The notes below the pieces were generated by a model. It was not told the DNA's origin. It saw nothing but the letters and a program-made list of their open reading frames with translations, and searched no databases. Positions 21,270 through 31,258 of a stretch of 64,000 nt of DNA are shown here, piece after piece (the stretch's first letter is position 1; every line of letters starts with the position of its first letter). The DNA comes from an uncultured Gemmatimonadales bacterium (GTDB taxonomy: Bacteria; Gemmatimonadota; Gemmatimonadetes; Gemmatimonadales; GWC2-71-9). The position numbers were made by a program, and so were the translations under genes. The stretch lies in the NCBI GenBank assembly GCA_963798915.1, contig CAWCVB010000005.1:153291-217290 (forward strand). The letters are read 5' to 3'.

Positions 21270-22441
21270 GCCCGGCGCATTGGGATCCGCGCGCGCTTCG
21301 CGAAGCCGAATTTCCTGAGCTCGGCGAAACGGTGTACCTCAACAGCGCCAGCACCGGTCCTCTGCCCGAACGCGCGAGGCACGCGCTGGAGATCTTCAAC
21401 CGCCGTCGCGGAGCGCCGCACCTGCTGCCGGATGATGAAGTGTTTGCCATGCTGGACCACTCGCGCGACCTGATCGCCCGGCTGCTCAACGCCGGGGTCA
21501 ACGAAATCGCCCTGACGCCCAACACCACCTACGGCATCAACCTCGCCGCGATGGGACTGCCCCTCGGGGCCGGCGATGTGGTGGTCTTTTCCGATCGGGA
21601 GTTTCCAGCCAACGCGTACCCTTGGCTGGCGCTGGCCCACCGGGGCGTGAACGTGGAGCGGCTGCCAGTGCTGCCCTCAGGATGGCCCGATGAGGATCGC
21701 ATGGTGGAGCGAATGCAGGATCCCCGGGTCCGCGTCCTGGCCGTGTCGCTGGCACAGTTCAGCAGTGGTTACCTGGTTGACCTGGCGCGGCTCTCCGCCG
21801 CGGCCCGCGCCAGTGAGACCTGGCTCGTGGTTGATGCTATTCAGGGCCTCGGTCAGGTGCCCGTGGACCTCAGGGAGACGCCGGTGGATGTCCTGGCGGC
21901 CGGTGGACAGAAATGGCTGCTTGGCCCGTGGGGCACCGGCTTTGCCTTCGTGCGGCGGGAACTGCAGGCGCAGCTCCGCCCGCCGATTATCGACTGGATG
22001 GCCTATGAGGGCACCGACGATTTCACGCGGCTGACCCAGTACAGCGACACGCTGCGGGACAATGCCAGGCGCTACGAACTCATTACGCTGGCATACCAGG
22101 AGTTCGATGCCCTGAATCGGTCCGTGGAGCTGGTCCTGGAGCACGGCGTTCCGGCGATCGCCCGGCACATCGAGGAGCTGCACCAGCCGCTGCTGGGATG
22201 GGCCAGCAAGAATGACGTCGCCGTTACGTCCCCGCGTGATCATCATCGCTCGGGGATCCTCTGCCTCAAGCCACCGGACGCGCGTGGTGCCTACGAGGCG
22301 CTGCAGCAGGCCGGGATCATTGTCAGTTTTCGCGAAGGCGCCATCCGCCTTGCACCCCACCTGTTCAATTCGCTGGATGAGATGGAACAGGTGGTGGAGG
22401 TGCTGGAGAGTCAACGGTCAACAGTCAACGGTCGACCGTAG
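21266..22441 (+). CDS. Class V PLP-dependent aminotransferase (cysteine desulfurase-like)
   Basis: YLNSAS, VDAIQGLG, GGQKWLLGPWG and IRLAPHLFN motifs. Confidence 0.9.
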   Translation: MSPAHWDPRALREAEFPELGETVYLNSASTGPLPERARHALEIFNRRRGAPHLLPDDEVFAMLDHSRDLIARLLNAGVNEIALTPNTTYGINLAAMGLPLGAGDVVVFSDREFPANAYPWLALAHRGVNVERLPVLPSGWPDEDRMVERMQDPRVRVLAVSLAQFSSGYLVDLARLSAAARASETWLVVDAIQGLGQVPVDLRETPVDVLAAGGQKWLLGPWGTGFAFVRRELQAQLRPPIIDWMAYEGTDDFTRLTQYSDTLRDNARRYELITLAYQEFDALNRSVELVLEHGVPAIARHIEELHQPLLGWASKNDVAVTSPRDHHRSGILCLKPPDARGAYEALQQAGIIVSFREGAIRLAPHLFNSLDEMEQVVEVLESQRSTVNGRP

Positions 22442-22458
22442 ACTGTTGACCGTCGGCC
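22410..22458. repeat. Palindromic heptamer tandem repeat (same family as 6670-6725)
   Basis: gtcaacg-gtcaaca-gtcaacg-gtcgacc-gtagact-gttgacc-gtcggcc at a convergent gene junction. Confidence 0.9.
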
Positions 22459-24783
22459 TATTTCTGAATCTCCAGCACGCGCTCGCTTCTCACCTCAGCC
22501 CCCGTCACTTCGTCCCGAATCACCACGCTGATCTCATGGAGTCCCGTCTTGAGCCGGGAAAGGTCCAGCGTAAGCTGCATGTGCGCATCCGGTTGCGATG
22601 CCACTCGGCTGAATTCGATCGCGACGCGGCCCTTGGCGTCCTGGCCGCGGGGTCGGATCGATATGGTGGTGTGATACGAACGGTCGGGTACCCGTCCATA
22701 GATCTCGAAGTAGATCGGTGCCGCCTGGGTTTGGTGGTAGGCGCCAGTCACATTGACCTGAAACGGATCGCCGCCATTCTCCCAGAGCACGCCGCCTCGC
22801 TCGGTGCCCAGGACAACATCGCTCATGCTGAAGCTGGAAGGCTGCACTATCACGTTGCCCCACTCGGCGGCGCTGCCATCAGTACCGGTTGAGCCGAACA
22901 CGGCGGCGTGTGCCAGATAGCGTCCTGCCTTCACTGGAAGCTCCGTGGTGAAGCCGAGAAATTCGCCGCTCGAAAGGGCGACGGGCCGAGCGAAGGTACG
23001 AACAGTGTCAGAGCGGGTCACTGTGCCCGAGAACGTGTCCACGGCTGTGACACGGATGTGAAGCGGCCATGTGATGGTTCCGTTCGAGCGCATGGCCACC
23101 GGCTCCAGCGTCCTGGAGGGGATAGCGGTGGTGACGAGCAGCCGGGCAGTGCCGCGCGCGGCGCTGCCCACCGCGTAGACCTGCATCAGCGCCTCGAGCT
23201 GGTGGGAGAAGAGCAGGGTATAGCTGTCGGTGCGAACGGCGGTCTTCACGTCCTGCTCGCTCCGAATCGTCATCTTCTGGACATTCGGCGAACACAGCAG
23301 CGGGGTGGCATGCGGCAAGCCGTCGCGGTACGCCTGATACATGTGGGCTGCACGATGGTAGACCGGATCGAGCTTGTCGAGATACGGGGTGAGGCCGACC
23401 GGAAGCGTCGCCGAGAGGGTCATCGGGCCGCGCGCACTGGCCAGGCTCCCGAACGCCGCCGGGGTGGCCATCGTCCCAGGCAGGAAGAAATAGGCGCGGG
23501 CGCGTCCCTAGAATCCAGTAGACCCAGAGCGCCGAGCGCCGACTCTGATCCACACCCAGGGAAGGGCCCGCGGTCAAGGCGGAGTCCATCGCATTGCGCG
23601 CGCCCATGGGGATGCTGACGCCTGTATCCGTAAGCAGCGGCTCGGCCGCCATGCCCCAGGCAGGTGCTCCGTGCCGCATGTAGACGATGGCGCGATGGTC
23701 CAGCACCGCCTCATCGTCCCGGCCGTCGGCCAGTCGGCTCCTGTCGTCTTCGGCCATGAGTTCCTTGAGACCTTCGGGCAGCACCCGGGTGCACGGCTGT
23801 CCCGGTGGTGACCCCCAGACCCGCACGAAGTCCGATCGCCGCTCGGGCGCATCGACTCTGAAGTTGCGGTACACGTAAGCCCAACGCCGAAGATGCTCCT
23901 CCAGCCGGTCGCCCGGTGCGCGGGTGGCGAGCGCGTCGCGCTTCTGCCAGAACTGGGTGAGCCACGCCGCGATGGAGTCGCGAGGCAAGGCGTCGAACGC
24001 GGCAAGCTCCCGCCCGGTAGCCACCCACGCCAGGTCGTTGCGATACCGCGCTTTGGCTGAATCGCTCGGGTGCCGGATCCCCTGCGAGTAGAGCTCAGCG
24101 GCCATTACGAGCAGCGAATCGCCCGCCAGAGCGCGGGCCTGCTCGAGCTGGGCGATGCCGGCATCGCCACCTGCCTCGGCGTAGCGGGAAAATTCCTGCG
24201 CGGCCTGCTGGTAGCGCAGCGCGGTGCGATAGGTGTAGCCCAGCGCCAGGTGGGCCAGCGTGTCCTCAGGCCAGCGGTGCGCGGCCCGCTCCACCGCGCT
24301 TGCGATCGCGACCGGCTGCACCCGGTCGCGCTGTTCCGCCGTCTGGGTGACGGCAAAGCGGAGCCCGGGCTCGAACATCGAATCGCGGGCAAAGGTCTCC
24401 GTGAGACTGCGCCAGAAGCCCTCGCGATAGCTCTCGCCCGTGAGCTGGCCGCCCAGCGCCGGGCGCGAAATCGCCCCATCCTCGTCGAGGGCCAGCTTTG
24501 CCAGCGCCAGCCCGAAACGAGGCCAGGGCCACGTCGGCTGGCGGAGGCGCGCCTCGTCCATGGCGCGCAGCGCGTCGAAGAGCGACTGGCGGTCATGCCG
24601 AGTCTGGCCGGTCCGGAGAAGCTGGAGCCCCTGCTGGATAAGTTGGCTGGCGGCTGAGGTGGGAGGGAGAGAGTCGGTCACGCCCTGTGCCAGGATCAGG
24701 CGTTGCACCGGAGACTGCGCCGCGAGCGGTCCCGCGGCCAGCGAAACGGCGAGCAAAACAAGGGCGGTGCAGCCTGTTTGCAT
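22458..24783 (-). CDS. Secreted TPR + GWxTD-like domain protein (frameshifted near 23500)
   Basis: Signal peptide, TPR-like helices, FWQKRD..RLEEHLRRWAY..DHRAIVYMRHGAP, beta-rich C-terminus; split over two ORFs. Confidence 0.7.
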
Positions 24784-24998
24784 GGTGTGCCCATCCCCAG
24801 CGGATAATTCGCTCGTACACTGCCAATCTGGACGCTGGTAGGTGGCCTCGACTCCGGCAGGACCTGATCTGGACCCGAGGCGCCCGCAAGTCCAGCGCGA
24901 GCGGGAATGCAAGCAGGCTCACGAGGGCCGGATCGCCATGCGCGCGCCCCTCATGCGTCCCCGCCTTCGCGGAGTTTACGATTGGGCGAGTTTCGGCT

Positions 24999-25054
24999 CC
25001 CACGACCCACGACCCACGACCCACGACCCACGACCCACGACCCACGACCCACGA
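24999..25054. repeat. Perfect heptamer tandem repeat (CCCACGA)x8
   Basis: Eight exact copies immediately downstream of the tyrS stop. Confidence 0.97.
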
Positions 25055-25056
25055 CC

Positions 25057-26328
25057 CTAGCTCACCACCACCATCGCATGATGCTTTTTCCCCTTCCGGA
25101 GCAGGATATATCGTTCGTTCCGGAGATCCGCGACCGTCAGCCGCCGGGAAACATCTGCTTCCTGGACATCATTCACCGAGAATCCGCGACCCTGGAGTCC
25201 GCGACGGGCGTCTGCTTTGGAGGACGCCAGACCGGCCCGCACAAGGACATCCACCAGCGGAAGCCCGGCCTCGAGTTCCGCGAGTGTGGCGTCGCAATTG
25301 GGCATGGTGGCTGCGAGTGCCTGATATTCCGTCGTCGTCAGCAGGACATCTGTCGAGACTTTCGGCCGGAACACCGCGCGCGCCGCCGCTTCAGCACGGT
25401 CGGCTTCCGCTTCGCCATGGACCAGCGCGGTCACCTCCCGGGCCAGCCGTCGCTGGGCCACTCGGCGGCCCGGATCCAGCTCATGCTCGCGCACCACAGC
25501 CGCAACCTCCTCCAGCGGAAGAAACGTGAAGAAACTGAGCCAGCGTGCGGCATCGCGGTCATCGGCATTGAGCCAGAATTGAAAGAACTGGTAGGGGCTG
25601 GTGCGCTCGGGGTCGAGCCACACGTTGCCCTGCTCGCTCTTGCCGAACTTGGCGCCCGCGGCTGTCGTGAGGAGCGGGAACACCACGCCATGCGCCGCGG
25701 CTCCTTCCTTTCTCGAGATCAACTCAATACCGGCCGTGATATTGCCCCACTGGTCGCTGCCGCCCAGCTGGAGTTCTACGCCCGCACTGCGGAACAGATG
25801 CCAGAAATCGTGGGCCTGGACCAGCATGTAGGCAAATTCGGTGAAGGAGATTCCCGAGTCCATCCGGCTGCGGACCGACTCCTTCTGGAGCATGTAGTTG
25901 ACCGTGAAATGCTTGCCTGTTTCGCGGAGGAACTCCATCAGTCCCAGGCTTCCGAGCCACGACGCATTATTGAGCACGCTCGCGCTGGCGGGACCCTCGA
26001 AGCGCAGGAAAGCGCGCAGTTGGCGCTCGATGGCCTCGGAGTTGCTAAGAATTTCGTCTTCGGCAAGCATGGGCCGCTCGCTGCGCTTGCCGCTGGGATC
26101 GCCAACCAGCGCGGTGCCCCCTCCGACCAGTGCGATGGGGGTTCCCCCAAAGCGCTGGAGCCATGCGAGCCCCATGACCGGCACCAGATTGCCGACATGG
26201 AGCGAGGGCGCAGTCGGGTCAAACCCGGCATAACCGATGATGGGCCGGTCAGACAACCGTTCGGCGGCGCCCGGTGTGACGTCCTGGACAAAACCGCGCG
26301 CAACAAGGTGGTCGAGGAACATGCTCAT
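25057..26328 (-). CDS. tyrS: Tyrosine--tRNA ligase
   Basis: YAGFDPTAPSLHVGN, QLGGSDQWGNI and KFGKS motifs; S4-like tail LRKGKK. Confidence 0.97.
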   Translation of the reverse strand: MSMFLDHLVARGFVQDVTPGAAERLSDRPIIGYAGFDPTAPSLHVGNLVPVMGLAWLQRFGGTPIALVGGGTALVGDPSGKRSERPMLAEDEILSNSEAIERQLRAFLRFEGPASASVLNNASWLGSLGLMEFLRETGKHFTVNYMLQKESVRSRMDSGISFTEFAYMLVQAHDFWHLFRSAGVELQLGGSDQWGNITAGIELISRKEGAAAHGVVFPLLTTAAGAKFGKSEQGNVWLDPERTSPYQFFQFWLNADDRDAARWLSFFTFLPLEEVAAVVREHELDPGRRVAQRRLAREVTALVHGEAEADRAEAAARAVFRPKVSTDVLLTTTEYQALAATMPNCDATLAELEAGLPLVDVLVRAGLASSKADARRGLQGRGFSVNDVQEADVSRRLTVADLRNERYILLRKGKKHHAMVVVS

Positions 26329-26411
26329 AGGCGCCAACAGTAGGTGCAAGGGGGGACGGCGGCAAGAAGGCCCCGTGGCCACCATGCGCTCCAACAACTA
26401 GCTTTCTGCAT

Positions 26412-28661
26412 ATGCCTTTCCGCTTCGGATCCCGTTCCAGGCGCTCTCCCGGCACCGTGCCGGAGCGTCGCTGGTGGACTCCGCGCACCCGCCGCTGGCT
26501 GGTGCTCGGCGTTGCCGGCGCTGCCGCGCTCAGCGTGGCGCTCGTACTCGCCCTCTGGTTTACCGTCTGCCTTGGGAATTCCTGCCCGGCTGTCGCCAAT
26601 CTGGAATCGTACGATCCCAACCAGGCGGCCAAGGTGTACGCCGCCGACGGACGGCTGCTCACCGACCTGGGTCTGGAGCGGCGGACCGTGGTCCCGCTTG
26701 CGGAAATGTCGCCTGCGGTGACCGCCGCGTTCGTGAGCACCGAGGACAAGCGCTTCTACCGGCATCATGGCATCGACTGGATCCGGGTCTTCGGCGCCAT
26801 GAAGGACATGCTGGTGGAGCGGCGGATCGCGGGCGGGGCGTCGACCATCACGATGCAGCTGGCCGGCAACATGTGGCCCGATGCGATCGACCGCCGGGAC
26901 CGCTCGCTGCGGCGCAAGCTCCGGGAAGCCAAGGTCGCCCTGGAGATCGAAAAGAAGTATTCCAAGGACAAGATCCTCGAGCTGTACCTCAACCAGATCA
27001 ACCTCGGCAACCGCGCGTTCGGGGTGGAAGCCGCCTCGCAGCGCTATTTCGGCAAGTCGGTCCGGGACCTCAACGTCGCCGAGGCCGCCACGCTGGCCGC
27101 CATTCCCAAGGCGCCGGAGCGGTATAACCCGCGCAAGCATCCCGACAACAGCGTGCAGCGTCGAAACGTCGTCATCGCCCTGATGCGGGATAACGGCAAG
27201 CTGGGTGCAGAAGAGGCGGAACGGTGGAAGGCTTTCCCGCTCCGGCTGTCAGCGCGATCCGACTTTTCCGGCGTGGCCGAGTACTTCGTCGAGTATGTCC
27301 GCCAGATTCTCCAGGCTCGATTCGGCTCGGATCTGTACCGGGAAGGTTATCGGATCTACACGACCCTCGACCTGGACATGGAGCTCACCGCCGAGCGCGC
27401 GCTGGAGGACCAGCTGCGCGAGATCGAGAAGACTCCTGGCTTCCATCACGAGACCTACGGGGAATACGAGGAACGGAAGGCCGACGAAGGCTCGGGCGAT
27501 GCCGCGATCCCCAACTCGCCCTATCTCCAGGGACTGCTGGTGACACTCGACGCCGGCACCGGCGCCATTCGTGCCATGATCGGCGGCCGGGACTTCGAGG
27601 ACAGCAAGTTCAACCGGGCAACCCAGGCCACGCGCCAGCCCGGCTCCACCTTCAAGCCGTTCGTATACTCCGCGGCGCTCCGGTCGGGGATTCCGCTCTC
27701 GGAAGTGATCGTAGACGAACCGTTCAGCATGGAGATTCCCGGCCAGGACACCTGGACCCCGCAGAACTACGAGCTTGGCTTCACCGGGGCCCACACGCTG
27801 CGCTGGAACCTGTATCAGTCGCGAAACATCCCGGCCATCAAATTGGGACTCCAGATCGGCGCGGACGCCATCATCAGCGAGGCCCGTCGTTTTGGCATCA
27901 CGTCGCGGATTCTGCCGGTGCCGGCCATCGCCATTGGCTCGGCGGACGTGATTCCGCTTGAAATGTTCTCCGCCTACACCACCTTCGCCAACCTGGGCGA
28001 CCGGGCCGAGCCGTATGCCATCGAGCGAGTGGAGGATCGTGACGGCAACATTGTCTGGGAGCCCCGGCCGCGCCTGATGCCGGTCATGAGCCGGGAGCAG
28101 GCCTGGCTCATGGTGGATGCGCTCCGCGATGTCGTCCGCAAGGGAACGGCGGCCCACTCGGTGGGCTCACAGATCCGCTTTCCCGCGGGCGGCAAGACCG
28201 GAACGACCAACGACTACAATGACGTCTGGTTTATCGGCTTTACCCCCGACCTGGTCACCGGCGTCTGGATGGGCTTCGACCAGCCGACACGCATCATGGG
28301 CAACGCCCAGGGCGGTCGGCTCGCGGCGCCGGCCTGGACCGCCGTGATGAACGAGATCTATTCCCGGCGGCCTGTTCCGGCCGCCTGGTCCCGGCCGTCG
28401 GACCTGGCAGCCGCAGAGATCGACAACACCACCGGATACCTGGCCACGGCGTTCTGTCCGGCCGAAGTGCACGAGATCGAGTCCTTCATTCCCGGAACCG
28501 AGCCGACCGAGTACTGCCCGGTCCACTCGCAGGGCATCTTGAGCCCCTTTGGATTCAGTGCCCCGCCGGCGGACTCGAATGCCACGACCCGCGACACGTT
28601 GACGGCGCAGACGCCCCCGCCGGCTCTGCCGCCGCCAGCGCAACGACCGCCACCACGATAG
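26412..28661 (+). CDS. Class A penicillin-binding protein 1A
   Basis: EDKRFY.HHGID, GASTITMQLA, RQPGSTFKP, SRN and GKTGTT motifs. Confidence 0.95.
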   Translation: MPFRFGSRSRRSPGTVPERRWWTPRTRRWLVLGVAGAAALSVALVLALWFTVCLGNSCPAVANLESYDPNQAAKVYAADGRLLTDLGLERRTVVPLAEMSPAVTAAFVSTEDKRFYRHHGIDWIRVFGAMKDMLVERRIAGGASTITMQLAGNMWPDAIDRRDRSLRRKLREAKVALEIEKKYSKDKILELYLNQINLGNRAFGVEAASQRYFGKSVRDLNVAEAATLAAIPKAPERYNPRKHPDNSVQRRNVVIALMRDNGKLGAEEAERWKAFPLRLSARSDFSGVAEYFVEYVRQILQARFGSDLYREGYRIYTTLDLDMELTAERALEDQLREIEKTPGFHHETYGEYEERKADEGSGDAAIPNSPYLQGLLVTLDAGTGAIRAMIGGRDFEDSKFNRATQATRQPGSTFKPFVYSAALRSGIPLSEVIVDEPFSMEIPGQDTWTPQNYELGFTGAHTLRWNLYQSRNIPAIKLGLQIGADAIISEARRFGITSRILPVPAIAIGSADVIPLEMFSAYTTFANLGDRAEPYAIERVEDRDGNIVWEPRPRLMPVMSREQAWLMVDALRDVVRKGTAAHSVGSQIRFPAGGKTGTTNDYNDVWFIGFTPDLVTGVWMGFDQPTRIMGNAQGGRLAAPAWTAVMNEIYSRRPVPAAWSRPSDLAAAEIDNTTGYLATAFCPAEVHEIESFIPGTEPTEYCPVHSQGILSPFGFSAPPADSNATTRDTLTAQTPPPALPPPAQRPPPR

Positions 28662-28752
28662 GCTGCGGGCCACTTGCTAGACGCCGGGGCGGTCGGGTAG
28701 CCTATAGCGTTGCCGGGATCGCCTTGTTCTTCAATCATTTCGGGAGAATGCC

Positions 28753-29346
28753 GTGCGCTGCCTCGCGCTCAACGCATCCTTCGAACCGCTGACGATGGTC
28801 CCGGTGCGCCGTGCGCTGCGCCTCGTCATTGAAGGCAAGGCCGAAATCGTCGAGGCAGACGACGCCGATGTCGTTCGAAGTGCCAGGATGGAGTTTCCCC
28901 GGCCCGCCATCATCCGCCTGGTCCGCTTCATTCATGTTCCCCGCCGTTTCCGTCGTCAGGTCACCAACACGTTCCTCTTCGCCAGGGACGGTTATCGCTG
29001 CATGTACTGCCATCGCGGGCAGCGGGACCTCCGCTCCCGCGAGTGCCTGACCCGGGACCACGTGGTGCCACTGTCCCGGGGCGGCGGCAACGACTGGCGC
29101 AACTGCGTGACGGCGTGCAGCAGCTGCAACACCCGCAAGGGCAACCGACTGCCCTCCGAATGCGGCATGCATCCGATGGTGGCGCCGGTGGAACCACATT
29201 TCGTTCACCTGTCCTGGGCCGTCCGGCGGCTCACGGTCACCCAGGCCAAGTACATCCGGCTGTTCTACGGCGAGGCGGCGCTCCGGGCGCTGGGCGGCGA
29301 GGCCACGCTGGTTGGATCGGAGCTCGAGCTGCGCGCCGAGGCCTGA
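28753..29346 (+). CDS. HNH endonuclease (McrA-like, LNASxEPL subfamily)
   Basis: LALNASFEPL, RDGYRCMYC, DHVVPLSRGG and CSSCNTRKG motifs. Confidence 0.92.
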   Translation: MRCLALNASFEPLTMVPVRRALRLVIEGKAEIVEADDADVVRSARMEFPRPAIIRLVRFIHVPRRFRRQVTNTFLFARDGYRCMYCHRGQRDLRSRECLTRDHVVPLSRGGGNDWRNCVTACSSCNTRKGNRLPSECGMHPMVAPVEPHFVHLSWAVRRLTVTQAKYIRLFYGEAALRALGGEATLVGSELELRAEA

Positions 29347-30515
29347 CCGCGTCCGCAGGACCACCCGGCGAGGATCGCCGCGACACCCAGCCCCCACGCC
29401 GGCAGACCGTCCCGCACCAGGCGAAACACCACGGGTGCGCCTTCGAGTCCCAGGAGCAGGACCACCGCGGCAAGCAGCAGCACTTCACCGACCTTCAGAC
29501 GCGCAGCGCCAGCCCAGAAACCCACCAGCAACAGGGGTACCGCCAGCCAGACGGCGGACGTCCATCTGCTGTACCGATCGAACGGGTAGCCCAGCGGAAG
29601 GAGCAGCATCCATCCGGCACCCGGCGTGAGCGCGAGCTCGGCGCGCTGGCGATGGCCATTGATGGTCGCAGCAGTCCAGATGGTCGCGCCGCGCTGGCCG
29701 CCCTCGATGATCGCTGCGACGGGGGCAGGCGGGATCACGCCACCGTAGATCCGCACGGTCGGGGTCCGCAGCAGGAGGTCCGTGGCCCTGAGCCGGGACG
29801 AGTAGGTGGGCTTCTGGCCCAGCTGACCCAGGCGTGCAGCCGGGAACCGGTGCCCATCCTCGATTTCAAGGATGGGAGCGAACCGTTCCGTCAGGCCGGC
29901 CGTACGGACCCGGGCAGCCAGTCGGAGTCCCGGTGTGGCCCAGTCTACGCGGGCGTCCAGAATGTCTCCGTCGAAGCGCGCCTGGAGGGGCCTGTCCGGC
30001 GCCTGGACCAGTCGTGAGGCGGCAGCGTGGGGGCTGTCCTGCTGCAGCGCCGTCCCGGTGAATGCCAGCATTGCCAACCAGGCAAGGGCAGAGGCGAGCG
30101 TAAGTTGCCGTGCGCGCGCCACGCCCGGACGCCACAGTCGTGGCGCCGCGAGTCCGATCCAGGCACCGAGCCACGCGCCCGAACTGTTGGTCAGCACGTC
30201 GCTCAGGCTGGGGTCACGGCCAATCACTAACTTGGCCTGTACCAACTCAATAGCCATCGAGATTGCGAGTCCGGCGAACCAGGCGTAAGCTGGACGGGTC
30301 CGCATCAGGCCGAGGGCGAAGCCGAATGGCACGAAGAGCGCAACGTTCAGGAGCACATCTACCAGCCCTTCATCACCGCAGAGCAGGCAGTACCAGGGCG
30401 TCGCTGCAGCCGCTTGCAGTTGACGCGGATCTGGTACCAGCGTCAAGGCCATGATGGCCGCGAGCGTGGCAGCCAGGGCAAGCACCAGCGGCAGCGAAAT
30501 GTGACGTTTGACCAT
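29265..30515 (-). CDS. VanZ-family membrane protein
   Basis: DVLLNVALFVPFG, IELVQ and GRDPSLSDVLTNSSGA motifs. Confidence 0.85.
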   Translation of the reverse strand: MVKRHISLPLVLALAATLAAIMALTLVPDPRQLQAAAATPWYCLLCGDEGLVDVLLNVALFVPFGFALGLMRTRPAYAWFAGLAISMAIELVQAKLVIGRDPSLSDVLTNSSGAWLGAWIGLAAPRLWRPGVARARQLTLASALAWLAMLAFTGTALQQDSPHAAASRLVQAPDRPLQARFDGDILDARVDWATPGLRLAARVRTAGLTERFAPILEIEDGHRFPAARLGQLGQKPTYSSRLRATDLLLRTPTVRIYGGVIPPAPVAAIIEGGQRGATIWTAATINGHRQRAELALTPGAGWMLLLPLGYPFDRYSRWTSAVWLAVPLLLVGFWAGAARLKVGEVLLLAAVVLLLGLEGAPVVFRLVRDGLPAWGLGVAAILAGWSCGRGQASARSSSSDPTSVASPPSARSAASP

Positions 30516-30654
30516 GACTCAAAGGTAGTTGGTGAGCGAGCGCCACAACTGCTGTGGGTACTGTGCCGGATGTTCAGGCTTGAGACCTTCGATGCTGTCG
30601 AATAAATTGTTGTCAGAAAATTAGATAGCAGGTTTCCCGAAGCGGGTTAGGTAC

Positions 30655-30670
30655 TGGCCTGACTTCTGCG
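30655..30670 (+). promoter_or_regulatory. Candidate sigma-54 promoter
   Basis: TGGCCTGACTTCTGCG has GG-N10-GC spacing and lies 32 bp before the ATG at 30703. Confidence 0.45.
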
Positions 30671-30702
30671 TAAATCACCCTGAACGCTTGTGCTGAGGTC
30701 CA

Positions 30703-31212
30703 ATGGCTTCACCTCGCGTGCTGGTGCGGGATGACACGGAAGGCCGGAAGCGCAGTTGGCTCCCGCCCGCACCGGACTTCGGATGGCAGTTGCTTGGTTG
30801 GGTTGGTGCCGTGCTCCTGATCGCAGGGCTTCTGGACATCGGGTTGGCCTTCTATCCACCGATGTTCGGCAATCCGAATTGGGAATTCGGCACTGTCGGC
30901 TCCAGCCTGAATAGCCTGCCGGTCCCCATGTTGGGACTGGCGTTGCTCCTCGGTGCCGCGGTAGCCCGAGGATGGATTCTGGGGACGCGGATTTGGGCGA
31001 TTATCGGCATCGTCCTGGCAGTCTTGATATTGGCGGCGACGGTCATATGGGCGCTCAATCTTCCGCTCGCCTTCAGGTCGGTGCAGGAACCTGTCGCCCG
31101 GCTCGGCCTCAAAAAGTCCGTGGCCAAGACCGTGGCGCAGGCCGTTCTGTATCCGGTGGCATTTCTCTGGATCGGTTGGCAGGGAATCCGCCACGCACGC
31201 GCTCGGCGGTAG
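30703..31212 (+). CDS. 4-TM membrane protein, paralog 1 (HpsJ-like)
   Basis: Four hydrophobic helices; P-x7-WEFGTVG motif shared with the ORFs at 58373 and 59778. Confidence 0.8.
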   Translation: MASPRVLVRDDTEGRKRSWLPPAPDFGWQLLGWVGAVLLIAGLLDIGLAFYPPMFGNPNWEFGTVGSSLNSLPVPMLGLALLLGAAVARGWILGTRIWAIIGIVLAVLILAATVIWALNLPLAFRSVQEPVARLGLKKSVAKTVAQAVLYPVAFLWIGWQGIRHARARR

Positions 31213-31258
31213 CGCAGCGAAGAGTCACCTTCATTCCCACTTGAGAGGACAGTACCGT

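Noticed and set aside
24915..24965. Imperfect inverted repeat between tyrS and the GWxTD-like gene as a MITE or riboswitch
   Set aside because: Pairing is weak and no recognisable aptamer or target-site duplication was seen.
24999..25054. Repeat tracts as a CRISPR array
   Set aside because: 7-nt tandem units without unique spacers; no cas genes in the window.
28753..29346. HNH gene as an IscB/HEARO or mobile RNA-guided nuclease
   Set aside because: 197 aa with no RuvC or PLMP motifs, no flanking inverted repeats, and only ~90 nt of upstream intergenic space; it matches the common stand-alone LNASxEPL HNH type.
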